DNA of 64,000 bases, taken from positions 63,114 to 127,113 of the forward strand of contig JAKBMK010000025.1 in assembly GCA_021831595.1 (NCBI GenBank), read 5' to 3'. Below are positions 41,245-50,687 of this stretch, piece by piece. Source of the stretch: a bacterium. Its GTDB lineage: Bacteria; Patescibacteriota; Minisyncoccia; Phycocordibacterales; UBA9973. A program made the translations under genes and the position numbers. The notes beneath the pieces were generated by a model. The model was not told where the DNA came from, did not search any database, and was given only the letters and a program-made list of their open reading frames with translations. Within the stretch, counting starts at the first letter, position 1; every line of letters begins with the position of its first letter.

Positions 41245-43926
41245 ATGAGCAAAATCGATAAAAATCAAAGCAAAATAGTCATAAAAGGAGCTAGAACACA
41301 CAATCTGAAAAACATAAATGTGGAAATGCCTCGAAATAAAATGATAAGTATCACCGGAATGTCTGGTTCTGGGAAGTCTTCTTTGGCATTTGATACTATC
41401 TTTGCAGAAGGACAGAGACGCTATGTAGAAAGTCTTTCGGCTTATGCTCGTCAATTCCTTAATCAAATGCCAAAGCCTGATATAGATGAAATCTCGGGTC
41501 TTTCTCCGGCTATATCTATCGATCAGAAATCAAGATCAAACAATCCTCGCTCGACGGTTGCCACCATCACCGAGATATATGACTATCTTCGTGTTCTTTA
41601 TGCACGAGTGGGTCATCCACATTGTCCACTTTGTGGAGAAGAAATAAAAAAATTATCAAATGACGAGATACTTCATTTTGCAATAGACAAGATAAAAAAT
41701 TTTCAGAAGGATACAAAAAAGAAAAAAGTTATGGGGGTTGAATGGAATGAAGCTCCTATCTCAATCCTTTCACCTGTTGTTCGGGGCAGAAAGGGTGAAT
41801 ACTATCAACTTCTATATGATTTACTCAATAAAGGTTTTGCACAAGTAAGACTCGATGGTGAAATAAAGAAATTGAGAGAAAGAATAGATATAGCAAAAAC
41901 CAAAACTCATAATATTGAAGTAGTGGTTGATACTTTTGCCATACATGAATTTAAAGACAACGAAAAAGATTCTTACTCACGACTCGCAGAGAGTGTCGAG
42001 AGGGCACTCCTTGAATCCGATGGTCTAGTTATCATAAAAGTAGATGAAGATGAATATCTTATGTCTTCAAAGTTCTCATGTGCCAATGATGGATTTGCTT
42101 TCCCTGAGATAGAGCCTAGGCTTTTCTCTTTCAATTCTCCATATGGAGCATGTCCAACATGTAATGGTTTGGGTACTAAATACTTTGGAGGAGAAGAAGT
42201 TTGCGAAGATTGTAAGGGCCTCCGTCTTCGAACCGAGGCACTCCATGTATATCTTGGTAGTGATAAAAAAAGTATCGTTTCGCAGAAATATGCGAATTCT
42301 TCGCGCTTTACCCTAAAGGGCTCCGACGCGACTCAGAATTCGCATATTTCTGCTTCGCTTAATATTGTAGACGTTACAAAACTTTCTATATCTGATGTTG
42401 CGGATTATTTTATTCAATTAGAATTAACTGAACAAGAAAAAGAAATATCAAAAGTGGTAATTAGGGAGATAGAATCACGTATTCAATTTCTACTTAACGT
42501 AGGATTAGACTATTTGTCTTTAGATAGAAAGGCAAATACTCTTTCTGGTGGTGAGGCTCAAAGAATCAGGCTTGCTTCTCAGCTGGGGTCTAGACTTGTA
42601 GGAGCCTTGTATGTACTCGACGAACCGACAATAGGATTGCATCAGAGAGATAATGATAAACTTATAAAAACACTAGAAGATTTGAGGGATTTGGGGAATA
42701 CCATCATTGTTGTAGAACACGATGAGGATACTATATATGCCTCTGATTATATTGTTGATATAGGTCCCAAGGCTGGTGTTCACGGAGGAGAGGTCATTGT
42801 TTCTGGGTATCTAGATGAATTACTAGATGCTCCGACAAATGCTTCAAAATCTAGAACTTTGGCTTATTTGAGAAATGAAACTAGAATTGAAATTCCAGAA
42901 AAAAGGAGAACTAATGATAAAGGAAGTCTAAAAATAATTGGAGGGAAAATTTTTAATATTGATAATCTCAATGCTGAAGTGCCGCTTGGTAAACTTGTAA
43001 CCATCACTGGAGTATCTGGTTCTGGTAAAAGTTCTTTTATGTATGAAATTTTACACAAGAATTTACAAGCTAGATATGAGAGGAAATTTCGAACAGCTAA
43101 AACTTTTAACTGTGCATCTTTTACTGGTACTGAATATTTATCTCGTGTGGTCTTGATAGATCAGTCTCCAATAGGTAGGACTCCTCGTTCAAATATTGCT
43201 ACTTATGTAGGAGCATTTACTCATATAAGAGATTTATTCGCTTTAAGTGATGAAGCACGGCTAAAAGGATGGAAGTCTAATAGATTCTCTTTTAATGTGA
43301 AAGGGGGACGTTGCGAGGCCTGTGAAGGTAACGGAGAGGTGGCAGTTGAGATGCACTTCTTGCCGACGGTCTATGTGACTTGTGATGTCTGTAATGGAAA
43401 GAGATTTGATAAAGAGACATTGACTGTAAAATATAAAAAGAAAAACATATATGATGTCTTGCAGATGACAATAGAAGAAGGCTTGAAATTTTTTGAAGAT
43501 ATTCCTGCTATTTACGACAGAATGAAAACTCTAATGGATGTCGGCCTTGGCTATGTGAAGCTTGGTCAATCTGCGACGACACTCTCTGGAGGTGAAGCTC
43601 AGCGTGTAAAAATTTCAACAGAACTTTATAAACCATACTGGGAAAAGACTATTTATCTACTAGATGAACCAACGGTTGGATTGCACTATGATGATGTGGC
43701 CAAGCTTCTCGATGTTCTCAATAGACTTGTAGACAAAGGGAATAGTGTAGTGGTTATTGAACACAACATGGATATTATTAAATGTTCTGACCACATTATT
43801 GATATAGGACCTGAAGGTGGGCTTGGTGGTGGAAAAATTGTAGCAAAGGGAACCCCTGAAGAGATAGCAAATACACCTGGAAGTTATACTGGGAAATATC
43901 TTAAAAAGGTTTTGAAGAAGAAATAA
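41245..43926 (+). CDS. uvrA: excinuclease ABC subunit A
   Basis: two ABC modules ([26 protein letters not shown] twice) and Zn fingers. Confidence 0.97.
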   Translation: MSKIDKNQSKIVIKGARTHNLKNINVEMPRNKMISITGMSGSGKSSLAFDTIFAEGQRRYVESLSAYARQFLNQMPKPDIDEISGLSPAISIDQKSRSNNPRSTVATITEIYDYLRVLYARVGHPHCPLCGEEIKKLSNDEILHFAIDKIKNFQKDTKKKKVMGVEWNEAPISILSPVVRGRKGEYYQLLYDLLNKGFAQVRLDGEIKKLRERIDIAKTKTHNIEVVVDTFAIHEFKDNEKDSYSRLAESVERALLESDGLVIIKVDEDEYLMSSKFSCANDGFAFPEIEPRLFSFNSPYGACPTCNGLGTKYFGGEEVCEDCKGLRLRTEALHVYLGSDKKSIVSQKYANSSRFTLKGSDATQNSHISASLNIVDVTKLSISDVADYFIQLELTEQEKEISKVVIREIESRIQFLLNVGLDYLSLDRKANTLSGGEAQRIRLASQLGSRLVGALYVLDEPTIGLHQRDNDKLIKTLEDLRDLGNTIIVVEHDEDTIYASDYIVDIGPKAGVHGGEVIVSGYLDELLDAPTNASKSRTLAYLRNETRIEIPEKRRTNDKGSLKIIGGKIFNIDNLNAEVPLGKLVTITGVSGSGKSSFMYEILHKNLQARYERKFRTAKTFNCASFTGTEYLSRVVLIDQSPIGRTPRSNIATYVGAFTHIRDLFALSDEARLKGWKSNRFSFNVKGGRCEACEGNGEVAVEMHFLPTVYVTCDVCNGKRFDKETLTVKYKKKNIYDVLQMTIEEGLKFFEDIPAIYDRMKTLMDVGLGYVKLGQSATTLSGGEAQRVKISTELYKPYWEKTIYLLDEPTVGLHYDDVAKLLDVLNRLVDKGNSVVVIEHNMDIIKCSDHIIDIGPEGGLGGGKIVAKGTPEEIANTPGSYTGKYLKKVLKKK
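42282..42353. repeat. in-frame palindromic insert within uvrA
   Basis: 19-bp perfect arms GCAGAAATATGCGAATTCT / AGAATTCGCATATTTCTGC with inner TCGCG/CGCGA. Confidence 0.8.
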
Positions 43927-43982
43927 AAAAGAAGCTTCCAGTTTAATCCAAAAGCTTCTCTTTTCCTTTCTTTTTGATGTTA

Positions 43983-44288
43983 CTACGCAGCAAACGCTTC
44001 TTTTACAGAAGAGATAACCTTTTTAGCAATTTCACTTGCCTCGTCGATTTTATCTTCCAGCTTCTTTTCAAAGTAAAGCTTGTTTAATTCACAGATACCT
44101 CTCTCTGTGAATATGCTCTTTACTAAATCTTCAGGTTTTTTAATAAAATAAAAACCCTCGGATTCATCAAAGAACAAATCAAAGAAATGTTTGTTGATGA
44201 TCACCTTTTTTGAAACTCCCAATAGAGTTTTTAGGAAATTGTAGGCACCAGTTTTTGAATAGGCACCACTCGTCTGTGTGTCAATCAT
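43983..44288 (-). CDS. hypothetical protein
   Basis: 101-aa ORF filling the uvrA-uvrC gap; shares a hairpin with uvrA at about 43930-43960. Confidence 0.55.
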   Translation of the reverse strand: MIDTQTSGAYSKTGAYNFLKTLLGVSKKVIINKHFFDLFFDESEGFYFIKKPEDLVKSIFTERGICELNKLYFEKKLEDKIDEASEIAKKVISSVKEAFAA

Positions 44289-44350
44289 AAGCTCGATTTT
44301 TAATTGTTTAGTATTTGTACAAATATCATTTTTAATCTAATATAAACTAT

Positions 44351-45541
44351 ATGAATAGTCAACAGCTAAAAAAGATAGGCTTACCAGACAAGCCGGGTGT
44401 TTATTTCTTCAAAATGGGAGAAAAGATACTTTATATAGGTAAAGCCACATCGCTTCGTGACAGAGTAAGGAGCTATTTCTCTAAGGATCTTATAAGTACT
44501 CGTGGTCCTGCTGTTTTGGATATGACTGTTAAGTCAGATAATATTGATTGGCAAGAAACAGATAGCGTTCTCGAAGCTTTAATATTAGAAGCTAATCTCA
44601 TAAAGAAATATAAACCCAAATATAATACAAAAGAGAAAGATAATAAAAGCTTTAATTATGTTTGCACTAATAAAGAAACCCCGGCTAAGGTTTTAATTGT
44701 TCGGGGTAGGAATTTAGATAAAAGTTTATATAAAAATATTTTTGGACCTTTTCCAAATGGAGCACTTTTAAAAGATGCGATGAAAATAATCAGAAGAATT
44801 TTCCCATATTTTGATAATGATTCGAATAAAAAAAATAATAGAGAATTTTACAAACAGATAGGGCTTGTTCCTAAGGATGAGTATAATGAAAATATAAAAA
44901 ATATTAAACTTCTTTTTAGTGGTAAGAAGAAAAGTATAATTAAAAATCTTAAGATTAGAATGACGGCATTTTCAAAATCAAAAGATTTTGAAAATGCCGC
45001 TAGAATTCGAGACCAGATTTTTGCGCTTGATCATATTAATGATGTATCTCTCATAAAAGATGATTTATTAGAAGATAAAAATTCTAAATTAGAATCTAGC
45101 AGAATTGAAGCTTATGACATAGCTCATATGGGAGGCAAAAATATGGTGGGAGTTATGACTGTGGTTCTCAATGGAGAAGTAAATAAGAATGAATATAGGA
45201 AATTTATAATACGTACACAAGATAATGCCAATGATACGGGTGCACTCGAAGAGATTCTTTCTCGTCGTCTAAGACATACAGAATGGGGATTACCTAGCTT
45301 GATTGTGGTAGATGGTAGTACTGCTCAGGTGGGTATTGCGAAGAGAGTTCTTGATCGCTATCAATTTGATATACCGATAGTCGGAGTTGTAAAAGATGAA
45401 CGTCATAAGCCGAAGGCGATAATAGGAGATGAGAAAACAATAAAGACATACAAAAAGTATATTTTACTTGCTAATAATGAGGCCCATAGATTTGCGATAA
45501 CATTCCATAAACGAAAGAGAAGTAAAAGCTTTTTAAAATAA
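44351..45541 (+). CDS. uvrC: excinuclease ABC subunit C (short, no C-terminal HhH)
   Basis: PGVY..YIGKA.SLRDRV GIY-YIG, FENAARIRD UVR, RIEAYDIAH and VVDG RNase H-like motifs. Confidence 0.9.
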   Translation: MNSQQLKKIGLPDKPGVYFFKMGEKILYIGKATSLRDRVRSYFSKDLISTRGPAVLDMTVKSDNIDWQETDSVLEALILEANLIKKYKPKYNTKEKDNKSFNYVCTNKETPAKVLIVRGRNLDKSLYKNIFGPFPNGALLKDAMKIIRRIFPYFDNDSNKKNNREFYKQIGLVPKDEYNENIKNIKLLFSGKKKSIIKNLKIRMTAFSKSKDFENAARIRDQIFALDHINDVSLIKDDLLEDKNSKLESSRIEAYDIAHMGGKNMVGVMTVVLNGEVNKNEYRKFIIRTQDNANDTGALEEILSRRLRHTEWGLPSLIVVDGSTAQVGIAKRVLDRYQFDIPIVGVVKDERHKPKAIIGDEKTIKTYKKYILLANNEAHRFAITFHKRKRSKSFLK

Positions 45542-45566
45542 TTATTACTTGGTATAATGCACAGAT

Positions 45567-46565
45567 ATGATAAAAGTAGGGGTAATCCGTGGGGGAACAA
45601 GCTCTGAATATGAAGTATCTCTTAAAACGGGAGCCAATGTTCTTTCTCATTTAAGAGGAGATAAATTGAACAAAACTTATAAAGCTATCGATATATTTAT
45701 AGATAAAGAAGGTACCTGGCATATAAATGGCAAGCCAGTATCTATAGAGCAAGTATTTCATTCCGTCGATGTTATATTTAATGCACTTCATGGGGATTTT
45801 GGCGAGGACGGCAAGGTTCAGCAAATACTTGACCAATGGAAGATTCCTTATACTGGTTCTGGAGCTTTTGCTTCAGCTCTCGGATACAACAAAGTTTTAG
45901 CTAAAGAGCAATTCACTTCTTTGGGAGTAAAAACGCCCGGCCATATAGTAGTTCCTAAGTATGAAGAAGAAGCTGGTGTAGACATGGAATCTTATGCAAA
46001 GAAGATTGCAAAAGAGATTCATTCCAAGCTTGCTCCGTCTTGGATAGCCAAGCCTCTTTCTGGTGGTTCTTCTGTTGGTATGAAAATGTGTAAAACATAT
46101 CCAGAGTTAATTAGCGCCTTTTTAGAAGGAGTTAATAGAGAAGTTGATGTTCTTGTAGAAGAGATGATAGAAGGGAAAGAAGCAACGGTAGGAGTAGTTG
46201 ATAATTTCAGAGGCAAGAAAGTATACGTATTGCCTTCAACTGAAATACAACTTCCAAAAGGAAAAGATTTTTTTGATTATGAAGCAAAATATGTTTCAGC
46301 TGAATATATTTGCCCTGGTAATTTTTCAAGAAAAGAAAAAGAAGAGTTAGAAAAGTTGGCGACTCTAATACATGAAGGTCTTAGTCTTAGTCACTATTCT
46401 CGAAGTGATTTTATTATTCATCCAAAAAAGGGGATATATGCGCTAGAAGTGAATACGTTGCCTGGTTTGACTGATCATTCTCTTATCCCTAAGATGCTTC
46501 ATGCGGTGGGATCTGATGTTCCTACTTTTATAGATCATATAATTAAGCTTGCTTTAAAAAAATAA
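45567..46565 (+). CDS. ddl: D-alanine--D-alanine ligase
   Basis: GGTSSEYEVS, LHGDFGEDG, GSSVG, YEAKY, LEVNTLPG. Confidence 0.94.
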   Translation: MIKVGVIRGGTSSEYEVSLKTGANVLSHLRGDKLNKTYKAIDIFIDKEGTWHINGKPVSIEQVFHSVDVIFNALHGDFGEDGKVQQILDQWKIPYTGSGAFASALGYNKVLAKEQFTSLGVKTPGHIVVPKYEEEAGVDMESYAKKIAKEIHSKLAPSWIAKPLSGGSSVGMKMCKTYPELISAFLEGVNREVDVLVEEMIEGKEATVGVVDNFRGKKVYVLPSTEIQLPKGKDFFDYEAKYVSAEYICPGNFSRKEKEELEKLATLIHEGLSLSHYSRSDFIIHPKKGIYALEVNTLPGLTDHSLIPKMLHAVGSDVPTFIDHIIKLALKK

Positions 46566-46567
46566 AT

Positions 46568-47407
46568 ATGAAAATCTCAATCCTAGGTCATGGTGTTTTT
46601 GGTTCTGCTATTGCTTCACGTTTGGTTTTAAATAAACATACAATTATAAAAGAAAAAATAAAAGATAGTGATGCGATTTTGGTTTCTGTACCTTCTTATG
46701 CTGTAGTTGGGGTACTTACGTCTCATAAAGACGAAATTACAGATCAAAGAATAATTATTTGCTCAAAAGGTTTTGATAAGGATGGTGGTTTGTTTTCGTA
46801 TGCACTAGAGAAAGAATTTCCTAATAATAAAATATACTTTTTGTATGGTCCGACTTTGGCAGAAGAGTTAAGAGCTGGGGTCTTTTCTGTAATGGTACTA
46901 GCTGGAGGCGAAGGAAAAGAAAAATTGAAAGAAGAAATAGAACTCGAAAATCTACGCATTCAATTATCTGAAGATATAGTAGGAGTCCAAGTAGGGGCTG
47001 CTCTCAAGAATACTGTAGGTATATTCGTAGGACTTGTAGAAGGAGCGGGTTATGGAGAAAACACACAAGGTTTTGTTTATTCTAAAGGATTACAAGAAAT
47101 ACAAAAAATAGGCATATATATGGGGGCAAAGCCTGAAACATTTTTAGGATTTACTTGTGCTGGTGATTTATTCTTGCGATCACGAAGCCGTATGTTGGGG
47201 ATTGAGATAGGGAAGGGTAGATCTTTTGATGAGGTTTCTAAGGAAATGACATATCCTAAAGAAGGTATTTCATCTCTAAATAATATACTCAAAATGGCCA
47301 ATACTTTGGAGGGTGTTGATTTGAGATTTTTTAGATTAATACATGCAGTTGTATTTGAAGGCATGTCCGTTCATGATGCGGTTAGAAAATTGGCCGAAAT
47401 AATCTAA
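46568..47407 (+). CDS. gpsA: NAD(P)H-dependent glycerol-3-phosphate dehydrogenase (short)
   Basis: GHGVFG, CSKG, GPTLAEE, GAALKN, AGDL. Confidence 0.85.
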   Translation: MKISILGHGVFGSAIASRLVLNKHTIIKEKIKDSDAILVSVPSYAVVGVLTSHKDEITDQRIIICSKGFDKDGGLFSYALEKEFPNNKIYFLYGPTLAEELRAGVFSVMVLAGGEGKEKLKEEIELENLRIQLSEDIVGVQVGAALKNTVGIFVGLVEGAGYGENTQGFVYSKGLQEIQKIGIYMGAKPETFLGFTCAGDLFLRSRSRMLGIEIGKGRSFDEVSKEMTYPKEGISSLNNILKMANTLEGVDLRFFRLIHAVVFEGMSVHDAVRKLAEII

Positions 47408-47409
47408 TC

Positions 47410-48039
47410 TTATTTTTTACGGAATAAATCTATTATATAAAAGACGTAACGAGTGCCATTTTTTGAGAGGTTGAACAATATCGCAAGAGTGAAGAGCACA
47501 ATGGCAAGATTGATACTTATAAATGAGACGAAGATAGCAAGTATAGCAGAAATGATAGGGAAGATGACATGCATAAGAGCGTGTTCGTTTTCAGTTTTGG
47601 TGAAAGGTGTATTCTCAATAGTTTGGGATTTTATAGCATATCTACGCATTGCAAAAAGAGAAAATCCAATAAGAATAATATTCAATGCGAAAACCACAAC
47701 AGCTGTTTCTGAATAAATGTAAGTTCCTAGAAAATGAGAAGAGAATGGTACAAGTCCAACTAGAAAGAAAAATATACCATTTAAATTTGCAAAGCTAGTA
47801 TCGATGTTTTTGACTAAAACAGAGGCAATAAAATGATGGCTTCTCCAGTATGTAAAAATGAGAGAGAAGCTTAGTAGGTAACTTAAGAAAAGAGGATATA
47901 TGTTAATCAGGGAATTTATTAAAACTCTTTCAGATATTATCCCCGCATATTCTGGAACTCGTATTTCAAAAACGAGAATGGTCATAACTATAGCAAAAAT
48001 GCTATCTGCTAACTGATCTAATCTAAATTGTTTCATCAT
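47410..48039 (-). CDS. TMEM175-family potassium channel
   Basis: RL...ADSIFAIVMTIL, W..HH, LVPF motifs; about 6 TM helices. Confidence 0.85.
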   Translation of the reverse strand: MMKQFRLDQLADSIFAIVMTILVFEIRVPEYAGIISERVLINSLINIYPLFLSYLLSFSLIFTYWRSHHFIASVLVKNIDTSFANLNGIFFFLVGLVPFSSHFLGTYIYSETAVVVFALNIILIGFSLFAMRRYAIKSQTIENTPFTKTENEHALMHVIFPIISAILAIFVSFISINLAIVLFTLAILFNLSKNGTRYVFYIIDLFRKK

Positions 48040-48076
48040 ATGTATATATTCTATCATATTAGCTGTTTAAACAAAA

Positions 48077-48381
48077 TGAAAAGCCTGTATTTGTAACAGG
48101 CTTTCAAGATAATAGTACGAAGATAATAATTAAATTATCTAAGGTATAGTACAAGGTATCTTAAAAGCTAATCCTCCGTTATCAAGATAATCATGGATTA
48201 TCATAATTATCATCTTTGGTGATAGCTTAAGACTAGGACAACATTCTCAGTCGTCATACCAGGGCAAATTAGTTTAATGGAACTCCGGGCAGGATACCAG
48301 TTAAAACTTCTTTTGTTTCGGATGTGTCTGGGTATCCAACAGGAGCCCAATCATGTATATGCATAAATATCAAAATTGATT
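48077..48381 (-). ncRNA. candidate ~300-nt structured RNA containing a 31-codon ORF (48269-48364)
   Basis: TTGCCT-17-TAAGGT promoter with extended TG (48388-48416), long hairpins, terminator GAAAGCCTGT...ACAGGCTTTT. Confidence 0.4.
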
Positions 48382-48435
48382 TCCTCTACCTTATCATAAT
48401 GATTATTTTAAGGCAAGGAATGGTATTCCATGTCT

Positions 48436-49017
48436 TTATTTGAAGATTTCTTCTATAAGTTCGGTAAGGTTCTTTTTATTCTTGTTTGAGAATGGGATTA
48501 TTTTGCAATTACCGTGGACCATTTCCTCTAAATCTTTTATCTTTTTGTGATATTCACTTTGGGTTAGTTTATCTGTCTTGTTTGCGACGATTACAAAATC
48601 TTTATCGTGATTTATAAGTTCGTTCAGCATAAGTATATCTTTGTCTGTCATACCAACGTTCGCATCTATTATCATTACTAGTTTTTTCTGAGGGTAGATA
48701 GAGTTGAATAAATATGAGTCTATGAGTTCTCCTATTTTCTCTCGCCCTATGCCAGATGCACGAGCAAAACCGTATCCAGGTAAATCTACAAAGTAATAAG
48801 AATCATTCAAATCGTTTTTAACTAGAAAAATATTTATTTCTTGAGTTCTACCTGGGAATGAACTAGTACGAGAAGAGCTACTCTGAGTGATAGTATTAAT
48901 AAGACTTGATTTGCCGACATTTGAACGTCCAACAAAAGCTATTTGAGGTGTGCCATCACCCAAAATACTGTCGTCTCCAACGAGCCCCTTTATAAACTTG
49001 GTAGAAGTTATTTTCAT
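48436..49017 (-). CDS. engB: ribosome biogenesis GTPase YihA/YsxC
   Basis: GRSNVGKSS, PGRT, DLPGYG, NKTDK. Confidence 0.95.
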   Translation of the reverse strand: MKITSTKFIKGLVGDDSILGDGTPQIAFVGRSNVGKSSLINTITQSSSSRTSSFPGRTQEINIFLVKNDLNDSYYFVDLPGYGFARASGIGREKIGELIDSYLFNSIYPQKKLVMIIDANVGMTDKDILMLNELINHDKDFVIVANKTDKLTQSEYHKKIKDLEEMVHGNCKIIPFSNKNKKNLTELIEEIFK

Positions 49018-49025
49018 TTAATTTG

Positions 49026-49099
49026 TGGACCCTACAGGACTCGAACCTGCCACCTCCTCATTGCAAATGAGGCGCTCTAGCCAGATGAGCTAAGGGCCC
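49026..49099 (-). tRNA. tRNA-Ala(TGC)
   Basis: GGGCCCTTAGCTCA...TTTGCAA loop...GGTTCGAGTCC...GGGTCCA; G3:U70 identity pair; CCA not encoded. Confidence 0.95.
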
Positions 49100-49151
49100 G
49101 GCTAAACACCTCTATATATTACCTTATTTTTTATTTTTTGCAACTCTTATT

Positions 49152-50597
49152 TTAAAACAAAGAATAAATGGCGGCGATAGCAGTAACTCCCATAAATATA
49201 GTTGTGACCCATCCGATAATATTGCTAATGCGTGAATTTTTGTAGTGGCCCATTATTTTATGGTTACTACTTATATGGACAATGAAGATAAGAATTACAG
49301 GAGCGACTATTCCATTTGCTATAGCAGAATATATTAGAGCCTTTATAGGATCAATACCTATAAGATTTATGAGTATCCCTATAATAACTGAAATTGCGAT
49401 GATACCATAGAAAGCTCTTGCTTCTTTGAGTTTGTGATAAAGACCTTCTTTCCATCCGAAACTTTCAGATATAGCATATGAAGCTGATCCAGCGAGGACG
49501 GGGATAGCAAGCATACCTGTGCCTATAATACCAATAGCAAAGAGTGTGGTGGCCCAACGGCCTGCAAATGGAGCAAGAGCGAGAGCCGCATCATTGGCCG
49601 TCCCTATATTTGTAATTCCATTTTTAAATAGAACACTTGAACAGACAGCTATAATGAAGAACATTACGAGATTTGAAAGAAACATTCCTGTCCAGACATC
49701 TTTTCTCATTTGTTTTATTTCCATAGGGTTTGTTCCTCTTCTTTGGTGTACAGTTTTTTTACCTTCTTTAATTTCTTCTTCTACTTCTTGTGATGTCTGC
49801 CAGAAGAATAAGTAAGGGGAGATAGTTGTTCCCAAGATTCCAGTAATTAGAAGTATTTGAGTTTTAGAAAAAGTTATATCGGGAATGATCAAACTTTTTG
49901 CTAAGCTAGACCAGTCCATGTTAATTATCAAACCAGTAATAATGTATGAGAAGAGAGATATGACTAACCACTTCAGATACTTACTATATTCTTGATATGG
50001 TACGAATATTTGCAAAACTAAACCTAAGATACCGAACCCTATAACAAGGGTAAAGAATGGAAAAGATGGGATTATAAGTTGTAATTCTTTTGCCATAGCA
50101 CCTAAGTCTGCTCCTATGTTTAAAGTATTGGCTGTGAATAAGAGTATTGTACAGATATATAATATTTTTCTTGAGTATAAATGTTTTATATTAGCGGCAA
50201 GTCCTTTACCTGTAACGAGGGCTATACGAGCACACATTTCCTGGATGACTGCCATAAGAGGGAAAGTCCAAGCCGCGAGCCATATCAGAGAATTACCATA
50301 CTGGGCTCCTGTTTGTGAGTATGTGGCTATGCCAGAAGGATCATCGTCTGCAGCCCCTGTCACAAGACCTGGCCCTAGCTTCTCTATATATTCTTCTCCT
50401 TCTCTTATATATTTTTCACCTTTTTCAAGTAGAGATTCTTTTTTCTCTATTAGTTTTTCTTCCTCTTCTAATAGTGTTTCTTTCTGATCTATTAGTTTTT
50501 CTTCTTGTTTAATTACCGATTCTTTTTCTTCGATTAATTTCTTCTCTTCTATTAAAGTTTCCTGTAGGTCTTTTGGACTTATTGGTTTTTTTGTCAT
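49152..50597 (-). CDS. NRAMP-family divalent metal transporter
   Basis: LGPGLVTGAADDDPSG, GTTISPY motifs; about 11 TM helices. Confidence 0.9.
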   Translation of the reverse strand: MTKKPISPKDLQETLIEEKKLIEEKESVIKQEEKLIDQKETLLEEEEKLIEKKESLLEKGEKYIREGEEYIEKLGPGLVTGAADDDPSGIATYSQTGAQYGNSLIWLAAWTFPLMAVIQEMCARIALVTGKGLAANIKHLYSRKILYICTILLFTANTLNIGADLGAMAKELQLIIPSFPFFTLVIGFGILGLVLQIFVPYQEYSKYLKWLVISLFSYIITGLIINMDWSSLAKSLIIPDITFSKTQILLITGILGTTISPYLFFWQTSQEVEEEIKEGKKTVHQRRGTNPMEIKQMRKDVWTGMFLSNLVMFFIIAVCSSVLFKNGITNIGTANDAALALAPFAGRWATTLFAIGIIGTGMLAIPVLAGSASYAISESFGWKEGLYHKLKEARAFYGIIAISVIIGILINLIGIDPIKALIYSAIANGIVAPVILIFIVHISSNHKIMGHYKNSRISNIIGWVTTIFMGVTAIAAIYSLF

Positions 50598-50687
50598 ACA
50601 GACACATTATAACTCGTAGCTATTTTTTAACAAAATTATAGGGGTTATAATTTTTGTTTTAATTTGATACAATAATGAAGTATCTCT

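Noticed and set aside
43930-44350. tmRNA, suggested by the EAFAA ending
   Set aside because: No GGGG 5' acceptor strand, T-arm or CCA nearby; the frame is an ordinary 101-aa ORF
48077-48416. RNase P RNA, tmRNA or c-di-AMP riboswitch
   Set aside because: GAGGAAAT lacks the GAGGAAAGUCC and closing P4 consensus; no tRNA-like domain; no ydaO consensus
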